From: Bdellovibrionota bacterium
GTDB taxonomy: Bacteria > Bdellovibrionota_C > UBA2361 > OMIW01
DNA: 64,000 nucleotides
Assembly: GCA_044345055.1 (NCBI GenBank)
Contig: JBIJBT010000001.1
Span: forward strand, 1,956 to 65,955
Direction: 5' to 3'
The notes beneath the pieces were generated by a model. It worked only from the letters and a program-made list of their open reading frames with translations. It was not told where the DNA came from and ran no database searches. Positions 57,637 to 64,000 of the stretch are shown piece by piece (the stretch's first letter is position 1; every line of letters begins with the position of its first letter). The position numbers and the translations under genes were made by a program.

Positions 57637-58935
57637 GTGCCTTCTGCGGAAATTCCTTGTAGTGAGACTTCGATGACATTTGATAATCGCCAAAATGGAG
57701 CAGTGGCTGCCTGTGCTGCTTGCGCGGCCGCTGTTGTAGCAACGCACACTTTGAAATTGCCACCTCAGATCGGTTTTGCTGAGGCCGCTATACCGGCACC
57801 TGAACCATCTCTGAAAGTGCCAGTTGCTCAGCGACCCGCATCGGCTGAATTCGGCCCGCCTTTACAGGCCCCGAAGATACCTGCGCCAGGCCGTGCAGAT
57901 TTGGAGAATATCCGTAATGCTGCAAAATCGGTGGTGACGGTGAACCTAGATGGCTCATTGGGTTCTGGTTTTATTATCAAAGATAAAGATAGATACTATG
58001 TAGTGACCAACGCTCACGTAGTAAGGCAATCTCGTCCCGAAGAGATAGATATCACGTTGGCTGATGGAAGTGTTGTTTTGGTTGATCAAGTGAGGTCGGA
58101 TCCGCTCGCTGATCTTGCGGTTCTTCGGCTGAAGGGGAATGGCCATTACCCAACGGCAGCATTGGGTGATTCTGATAAAATTGGTCCGGGGGAGAGGGTA
58201 TTTGTGATTGGAGCTCCCCTTGGGTTCCCGCAATCAATCTCCATGGGGATTGTTTCAGGGCTTAAACGCGATGTTGCAACTTTAGGCGCAGAGACAATTG
58301 TTCCTTTCATTCAGACAGATGCTCCGATAAGTCCCGGAAATTCAGGGGGTCCGTTGGTTGATGAGAGGGGTATGGCGGTGGGGATTAATTCGATGATTGT
58401 CGATAAAGCTAATAGCATAGGTTTTGCCATTCCCATCAACGAGGCAAATTCTGTGATTAGTCAGCTCATAGAAAATGGAGTCGCTGTTCACGGATATCTC
58501 GGGGCTCATATAGTGACTCCGACTCGAACCGTTGTATCAATTGTTAGCAAACCGGGGGATAGTAAAGATGGGTATTTGGTTCCTTCTTGGGTTCCTGAAG
58601 CTCGACGTCAAGTTGGAGAACATTCCGCTCTTGTTATTAAAGTAGAGCCTAATAGCCCTGCAGCTCGGTCAGGAATCAAAGCGGGAGACTTAATAATAGG
58701 TATTAACGTTAGAGATATTGTGGGGGACGGTGATGCGCGTTCACTTATCGCTCAAACTCGTCCTGGCCAACCAGTAATCCTCGATATATTCCGAAAAGAT
58801 ACAGATTCTGGAAAATTTCGTTCGCTTAGACTTTCTGTGGAAGTGGGGAATAGATCGCCAGCAGGGGGAAGTCCGTTTTTAGCAACGTTGCCCGCTTTGC
58901 CCCGTTTAACGTCTGATGCAGCCGGTGGATGGTAA
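57637..58935 (+). CDS. Trypsin-like serine protease with PDZ domain (HtrA/DegP-like S1C)
   Basis: Catalytic triad context: VVTNAHVV (His), D in DLAVLRL, GNSGGPLV (Ser). C-terminal PDZ (GIKAGDLIIGINVRDI). Confidence 0.8.
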   Translation: MPSAEIPCSETSMTFDNRQNGAVAACAACAAAVVATHTLKLPPQIGFAEAAIPAPEPSLKVPVAQRPASAEFGPPLQAPKIPAPGRADLENIRNAAKSVVTVNLDGSLGSGFIIKDKDRYYVVTNAHVVRQSRPEEIDITLADGSVVLVDQVRSDPLADLAVLRLKGNGHYPTAALGDSDKIGPGERVFVIGAPLGFPQSISMGIVSGLKRDVATLGAETIVPFIQTDAPISPGNSGGPLVDERGMAVGINSMIVDKANSIGFAIPINEANSVISQLIENGVAVHGYLGAHIVTPTRTVVSIVSKPGDSKDGYLVPSWVPEARRQVGEHSALVIKVEPNSPAARSGIKAGDLIIGINVRDIVGDGDARSLIAQTRPGQPVILDIFRKDTDSGKFRSLRLSVEVGNRSPAGGSPFLATLPALPRLTSDAAGGW

Positions 58936-58998
58936 TTCCGGAGGGAGTCGCGAGAGTATAACCGTATATCCTTAAAAGTCGTCTGCAAAGTCATCTGG

Positions 58999-59017
58999 AG
59001 AGTACCATCGGGGAGCC
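58999..59017. terminator. GC-rich hairpin GGGGAGC-cagcc-GCTCCCC between the convergent HtrA-like and galU genes; candidate bidirectional terminator (no clear U-tract)
   Basis: Perfect 7-bp GC stem read directly. Lies in the 100-nt convergent intergenic gap. Confidence 0.3.
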
Positions 59018-59035
59018 AGCCGCTCCCCGGGCCTC

Positions 59036-59932
59036 TTACCGCTCCCCAAACCCTCCTGCCACCAACTCGCGCATATACTCTTTGAGCTTTTCCGAGGTCT
59101 CGGAGTTCTTCAAACCGTAAGCTATGTTTGCTTGCAGGAATCCAAACTTATCTCCAGCATCGTATCGCTTACCATAAAAACGATATCCGACAAAGCCGGA
59201 GCGTTCGCGCAGGGTATTCATAGCATCGGTGAGTTGAATCTCGCCACCTTTGCCGGGCTTTGTCTCTTCGAGAATCGAGAAAATTTCTGGGGTGAGGATG
59301 TACCTACCGACGATGGCGAGGTTTGAGGGAGCATCGGCTAGCTTTGGCTTTTCAACCATCGTGGTAATCTCAATTTCTCGCTCTGAGAGAGTCTTCCCAC
59401 CACATATTCCAAATTTTGGAACATCATCCTCATCAACGGGCATAAGCGCCACAACTGATTTTTGATGCCGCTCGAAGACATCGATCATCTGTTTGGTGCA
59501 GGGAACTGATGCATCAACAATATCGTCTCCTAATAGAACCGCGAACGGTTCATCTCCGATTATCTCTTTTGCGCATAACACGGCGTGACCCAATCCTCGC
59601 GGTTGTTGTTGACGGGTCGAAACAACTTTGACCAGATTTGCCTGTTCATTCAGTCGAAGTGCCAGGTCGTGCTTGCCATCAGCCTCTAGTTTTCTCTCAA
59701 GCTCAAGATTAAGATCGAAATGGTCAACGATAGCAGATTTACCCTTTCCCGTGACCAAGATGAGGGTCTCGATTCCCGCGGCGTGAACTTCTTGTACGAT
59801 GTACTGAATTGTGGGGGTATCAACGATCGGTAGAAGCTCTTTTGGTACTGATTTTGTTGCGGGAAGGAATCTTGTTCCAAGTCCAGCCGCTGGAATGATC
59901 GCTTTTCGAACTCGTTGCGTTGTTGGTGCCAT
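59036..59932 (-). CDS. galU: UTP--glucose-1-phosphate uridylyltransferase
   Basis: VRKAIIPAAGLGTRFLPATKSVPKELLPIVDTPTIQYIVQEVHAAGIE...VEKPK...GRYIL, canonical GalU. Confidence 0.9.
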   Translation of the reverse strand: MAPTTQRVRKAIIPAAGLGTRFLPATKSVPKELLPIVDTPTIQYIVQEVHAAGIETLILVTGKGKSAIVDHFDLNLELERKLEADGKHDLALRLNEQANLVKVVSTRQQQPRGLGHAVLCAKEIIGDEPFAVLLGDDIVDASVPCTKQMIDVFERHQKSVVALMPVDEDDVPKFGICGGKTLSEREIEITTMVEKPKLADAPSNLAIVGRYILTPEIFSILEETKPGKGGEIQLTDAMNTLRERSGFVGYRFYGKRYDAGDKFGFLQANIAYGLKNSETSEKLKEYMRELVAGGFGER

Positions 59933-60084
59933 GGTTTTTCCTTAAAACTTGCAAACTGAGCGATTGCCGATGCGGCAATTTATACCGCATTTGTAGCAGT
60001 ACGCGCAAAGATATTAATAAGATTTGTGGCTAATTCTGTTTGCGTTACCGGAAGATTTTTGCCCGCTATAAGTCCGAAAAATCT

Positions 60085-61527
60085 TCACCCTCCAAAATAT
60101 CTTCCGAGTATCTGTCTTCCATAAACAGATGGATTGCCTCGCGGCCTTCCGGGATGAACGGCGACAACTGCGATTGCAATCCGTGGCCTCTCTCTTGGTG
60201 CTACGGCGATGAACCAGCGGGTCAAACCAGCTGGATTTTTTCCGTTAAGAGTGCCGGTTTTTGCAGCGATCCTAATGTCAGGAAAAACAGGTCGACCTTG
60301 TTCAGAGAATGCCCGTCTCCCAGTTCCGATCGAGGTTGTATTTTCCATCATCTCAAATAGTGACTCGGTCGCGTGTTCACTAGCCATCCGGCTTACGATC
60401 GTCGGACGCGAGCGATAATGAAGCGCGCCAGTTGGCGAGAGAACCTTATCGATAAAGATCGGCCGCAGCAGATTTCCACCATTTGCTACTCCCGAAACCA
60501 TTGATGCCGCATGAATCGGGCTGATGGTTACTTCGCCAAATCCAGCACCCGTTCTTGCAAGCTCGTAATCGTCGCTCGGGATATAGGCGTGACTAATTGG
60601 CACGGGTATATCGGCCTGCAGGTCGTCATTAAATCCAAAGTCACGAGCAGTCGCGCTTAGGATTCGTGGGGAGAGAGCCTCTAGTGCGAGTCTTCCAAAT
60701 ACAGGGTTGGCTGACCGACCCATCGCTTCACCGATCGTCATGGTCCGATTATCTCGCCGCGGATCTGCTCGAAAATTGAATCGCTCAAGCACATAATCAC
60801 CCCCTCTAAATCGAACAAGATGATTCGGCGTTACTGAGGCGTGTTCAATTGCTGCGGTTGCTGTAACGACCTTAAAGAGCGAAGCGGCTGGATATCCGTT
60901 GTGAAAAATCGGATTTGAGAGGGATACGGACTGTCCTGCCATCGCAAGCACGCGACCCGTCATCGGCTCCATCGCGACGATTGCAAGGTGATTGTCGGGT
61001 GAACGGCGAACGAGGCTTTCGACGTAATCCTGTAGCTGAGGATCGAACGAATAAAAAACAAGCTCGTCACGATCGGTCTTTGCCGCAATTCGGCCCGAGA
61101 AGCGAGATCTCATCGATGGGACCTGCTCGGAAAATGCTACTCGGCCATCATAAGCGACTGAAACAGTCGATAGTGGCGGAGGTGAGCTAGGCTCACTAAA
61201 GGTCCGCATCCGACCCCGTAGAGCGGCGGGATTCTCTTGCGTTAGAGGCTGCACCGGTACAGAGGCTCGCCGGATAACAGGAGGCTTGCTGGCCCGTTTC
61301 ACTGGTGCTCGAACCCGTTTTACCGGTGCTCGAACCTGTTTTGCCTGTTTCTTCGGAGCTGGTTTCTTGGCTACAACATTTTTTTTAGAGCGCTCGGCGG
61401 CGAAGCTGGAGGTAGAAGAAATAGGAGAGATAAGAAAAAGAGCAATGACGATAAGCAACGAAGTTCTAAGGCTTTTGATACCTCGAGATTCGGAGAGATT
61501 GCGCTGATGGCGTGATGAAGAAATCAT
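60085..61527 (-). CDS. Penicillin-binding protein, D,D-transpeptidase domain (PBP2/FtsI family), with N-terminal TM and Lys/Pro/Ala-rich low-complexity linker
   Basis: SxxK (AASLFKVVTA), SxN (RSANPVF) and KTGT (AAKTGTLNG) motifs. 480 aa. Confidence 0.75.
   Translation of the reverse strand: MISSSRHQRNLSESRGIKSLRTSLLIVIALFLISPISSTSSFAAERSKKNVVAKKPAPKKQAKQVRAPVKRVRAPVKRASKPPVIRRASVPVQPLTQENPAALRGRMRTFSEPSSPPPLSTVSVAYDGRVAFSEQVPSMRSRFSGRIAAKTDRDELVFYSFDPQLQDYVESLVRRSPDNHLAIVAMEPMTGRVLAMAGQSVSLSNPIFHNGYPAASLFKVVTATAAIEHASVTPNHLVRFRGGDYVLERFNFRADPRRDNRTMTIGEAMGRSANPVFGRLALEALSPRILSATARDFGFNDDLQADIPVPISHAYIPSDDYELARTGAGFGEVTISPIHAASMVSGVANGGNLLRPIFIDKVLSPTGALHYRSRPTIVSRMASEHATESLFEMMENTTSIGTGRRAFSEQGRPVFPDIRIAAKTGTLNGKNPAGLTRWFIAVAPRERPRIAIAVVAVHPGRPRGNPSVYGRQILGRYFGG
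61295..61336 (-). repeat. Tandem 21-nt direct repeat inside the PBP gene, encoding VRAPVKR-VRAPVKR
   Basis: cgtttcactggtgctcgaacc / cgttttaccggtgctcgaacc (18/21 identical), followed by a degenerate third copy. Confidence 0.7.
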
Positions 61528-61838
61528 AAAGTAACTTCTGAATATCGTGCTGAGGGAATTACTGACAGGTAAAACTAATTTTTGACCAATTAGAGTTCTG
61601 ACCCATGAGGGACCGGAGTGTTCGGCATTTTTGCTACATCAATTTGGGATCAAACGGCCCGAGTGTCATCGGACAGCCTTTTCACAAATAGACATAGTGA
61701 TACTGTAATCGAGAAACTATATCGTGTAGCGCTGATTTGCTGAAGAGGGAGAGTTTTGTTGCGGAGAATTACTACCAAAGATTTTCGCTTCTGAACTGAC
61801 TGTGAGAGATGTTTTTACTCAAACGTTACAACTTTCAA

Positions 61839-62471
61839 TCACATTCCAAACGGAAAGCGAACTAGGTCAACAACACCACTACTTCGCACCCCTTCTAGTG
61901 CCTTTGCATATTCTCGGAGCAATCGAAGCGAATAAACTAACCGCTCGCGTATCTCCGCCTCTCCCTGATTTGAGTCTTGCTCACCCAGCAGCACCTTTTG
62001 GCAAGTCCGCACTATCACCTGTTCAGGCAGGTAACAGATTCTTGTGTTCTTGTAACTGCTTGCTCGCAATTCTGCTATCGGATAAGCGCCGTTTATTCCG
62101 GAACTCAATGATATGATGAGGGCTGGCTTGTGAGCTAGCTCACCAGATTGGCACAAAAGAAAAAAATTTTTCAAGCCGGGGGGAACCATCCCGCCCCATT
62201 CAGGAACCACAAAGACAAAAGCGTCAGAAGCTTTCAGTGTTGCTGATGTTGGGCCCCACACCGAATCCCAGCGAGGCGACTCTTGCCATCGCTCCTCGTC
62301 CCAAAGAGGATACGGATTGCCAGCAAGGGAGATGATGTTAGGGATATCGCCCTGTAGGGATAGATCTTTTGCGACAAATGCAGCGATCCGATCCGATTCT
62401 GAATTATGCCGATGACTACCGGAGATTATCGCAATCTTCATAATCCGCTTCCCAAATCGGAACCGCTTCAA
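61839..62471 (-). CDS. NAD(P)H-dependent FMN reductase / flavodoxin-like fold oxidoreductase. Likely start at the internal MKIAIISGS (~62441).
   Basis: MKIAIISGSHRHNSESDRIA...ASDAFVFVVPEWGGMVPPGLKNFF, typical of the NADPH-dependent FMN reductase family. Confidence 0.65.
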   Translation of the reverse strand: MKRFRFGKRIMKIAIISGSHRHNSESDRIAAFVAKDLSLQGDIPNIISLAGNPYPLWDEERWQESPRWDSVWGPTSATLKASDAFVFVVPEWGGMVPPGLKNFFLLCQSGELAHKPALIISLSSGINGAYPIAELRASSYKNTRICYLPEQVIVRTCQKVLLGEQDSNQGEAEIRERLVYSLRLLREYAKALEGVRSSGVVDLVRFPFGM

Positions 62472-62602
62472 TACAATGACATCGCCCTGCGGGCATTATA
62501 TCGAGGCGATTTTACTGCTTCACGCCTCCGACATATCGGACGGAGGCGTGAAGCAGTTTAGTAGCTATCGGATTAAACGCTGTAGAATCAAGCGCCGCCG
62601 GA

Positions 62603-62998
62603 TTAACCGTTATCGGATGAAGGTGACGACTCCGACTGAGCGACCAAAGCTCTGGTTTTAATCTTAGCTGCCTTACCGCGAAGAGGTCTAAGATAGAAGA
62701 GTCGAGCGCGACGAACCTTACCTCGAGTTACAATCTCTATTTTTTCGGTGCGAGGGCTGTGGAGAAGAAAGGTCTTTTCGACCCCGATGTTGTGCGAAAT
62801 TTTTCGGACGGTGAAGGTTGCGTCGGAGAGAACGCCACGAGTTCGCTTAATCACAACTCCTTGGAACATCTGAACCCGTTCCTTGTTTCCCTCGACGATA
62901 CGGGCATGGACCCGAACGGTGTCGCCGGTCCGAAATGAGGGAATGTCTGATTTGAGCGATGCCGCCGTGACTGATGCGAGGATCGGTGATATTGACAT
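62603..62998 (-). CDS. rplS: 50S ribosomal protein L19 (monocistronic here; no trmD upstream)
   Basis: [85 protein letters not shown]. Confidence 0.9.
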   Translation of the reverse strand: MSISPILASVTAASLKSDIPSFRTGDTVRVHARIVEGNKERVQMFQGVVIKRTRGVLSDATFTVRKISHNIGVEKTFLLHSPRTEKIEIVTRGKVRRARLFYLRPLRGKAAKIKTRALVAQSESSPSSDNG

Positions 62999-63357
62999 GA
63001 TAGTCTTCCTTTTCTTTGTGGCTACCTTCGTTCCTTCAAGGACCGGGTGGTTTTGTTTCGATATCTAGCCGTTTTCCGCCATATTCTGTTGCCTCAGAGT
63101 TAATCGCTCTATACTCTTTAACGCTAATCCGTACCCTTTAAATTCAAGTGGTACAGGAAAATTTAAATAGTACAGGCTGATGGCAGAAATTAGAGGCGCG
63201 GTCAAAGGCCGAATTCAATTACGCTCTAGTTTGAACCCACCCGAAGGGGAGTTCATTATAGGGGCGTTGCCGGGCTGAACGAGCTCCCATAGTATAGGTC
63301 ACGCTCAACAGAATCAAGAGGGTAGGTCCTCGGTAGGGCTCGGGAGGGGCGAAAAAG

Positions 63358-63690
63358 GTGATGATGAACAAAAAAAAGGTGGGGAAACGTGGTCCGGCTG
63401 GTCGGTCGATGCCGCGCCGTGACCCCGTAAAAGAGGGGAGGATCGCCGCACTGGTTGCTGAGCTGCTTGCTCAGGGGGTAGTCGTTCGGCGTGAAGAGCT
63501 GAAGCGGGGGCTTGGTTGGAGAGCTTTGAGTGGAGCCTGCCGGGTTTTTGGTCAGAATACTCTATTTGTCGATCGAAGACTTGGGGTGGATGACCAGATA
63601 GCTTTTCTCGAGGCACGATTGACCCTTCTGAAACAATCGGATGATGAGGCAGTTCCTGAAAATTTTTCCGTACAGGAGATTACTCCGTGA
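63358..63690 (+). CDS. Hypothetical basic protein (110 aa); doubtful
   Basis: ORF only. An overlapping antisense ORF of similar length exists. No motif. Confidence 0.25.
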   Translation: MMMNKKKVGKRGPAGRSMPRRDPVKEGRIAALVAELLAQGVVVRREELKRGLGWRALSGACRVFGQNTLFVDRRLGVDDQIAFLEARLTLLKQSDDEAVPENFSVQEITP

Positions 63691-63896
63691 GGCGGAGTGT
63701 AAAGCGATTTTCTATCAGAAGATTCTGATTGTTCGTTAATAGAGATCCATATTAATCGGTTGCACGGAGTCTCGTAACGGTGTTACGGTTCCTTCGTTAC
63801 GCAAAATGGAGAGGGTGGATCTTAAGCCTTCTCCTTGTTGCTGCCATTCCATCCACTCAGACTCTCAATAGCCACCCTCAGAAGGACGGAGAAAAT

Positions 63897-64000
63897 ATGT
63901 TCTCATCGTTTCGAAGGCTCTTCTCGACCGACTTGGCGATCGACCTTGGTACGGCTAACACGCTTATATACGCGGCGGGTAAAGGGGTCGTGTGTGCTGA
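63897..64000 (+). CDS. mreB: Rod shape-determining protein MreB, N-terminal fragment (runs off the window end)
   Basis: [32 protein letters not shown] matches the MreB N-terminus (MF..F...[19 protein letters not shown]). Confidence 0.8.
   Translation, partial: MFSSFRRLFSTDLAIDLGTANTLIYAAGKGVVCA

Noticed and set aside
62999-63357. tRNA or tmRNA in the rplS upstream region
   Set aside because: GGGGCG-type 5' ends are present, but I could not assemble an acceptor stem, T-loop (GTTCGAATC-like) or anticodon arm by eye. tRNAscan or Infernal could still find something.
1-64000. Mobile elements, CRISPR arrays, defence systems
   Set aside because: No transposase, integrase, Cas, restriction or toxin-like motifs were seen. 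No arrays of regularly spaced direct repeats. The only tandem repeat is the in-frame 21-mer in the PBP gene.

Overview
This 64-kb window looks like a core-chromosome segment from a Gram-negative bacterium of roughly 50-55% GC; I could not assign the taxon from sequence alone. Its backbone is the conserved plus-strand cluster rpsB-tsf-pyrH-frr-uppS-cdsA-dxr-rseP followed by tsaB, with a ribosome hibernation factor gene upstream. Housekeeping genes flank it: a cytosolic PLD/cardiolipin-synthase-like gene (truncated by the window start), an ECF sigma factor, yggX, proC, pcm, rlmI, gmk, yicC, bioA, galU, rplS and a partial mreB. Stress and proteostasis genes are also present: hsp20, msrBA, two M48 peptidases, lemA and an HtrA-like protease. 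The accessory content is mostly envelope glycobiology. There is an LPS inner-core block (Kdo kinase, two GT9 heptosyltransferase-like genes, a stand-alone heptose-7-P kinase, an LpxL-type acyltransferase). A four-gene translationally coupled operon pairs a polyprenyl-phosphate-sugar synthase (GT2) with two large GT-C-type membrane proteins. A third operon fuses a Maf-like DUF115 domain to a CgeB-like glycosyltransferase and is followed by a C-terminally extended GT9 and a hypothetical protein; it sits 3 kb from an isolated fliS chaperone gene. Other notable items are an M50 (site-2 protease) homologue with CBS domains in which the HExxH glutamate is replaced (HLLLH), an orphan carboxyltransferase/biotin-carrier pair, a Ser/Thr kinase co-transcribed with a lipoprotein plus a membrane-anchored FHA protein, and a ~180-nt polypyrimidine tract in the rpsB leader. 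I found no transposases, integrases, CRISPR arrays, rRNA genes or convincing tRNAs. All protein calls rest on motif and family recognition by eye from the supplied translations; I ran no database search.
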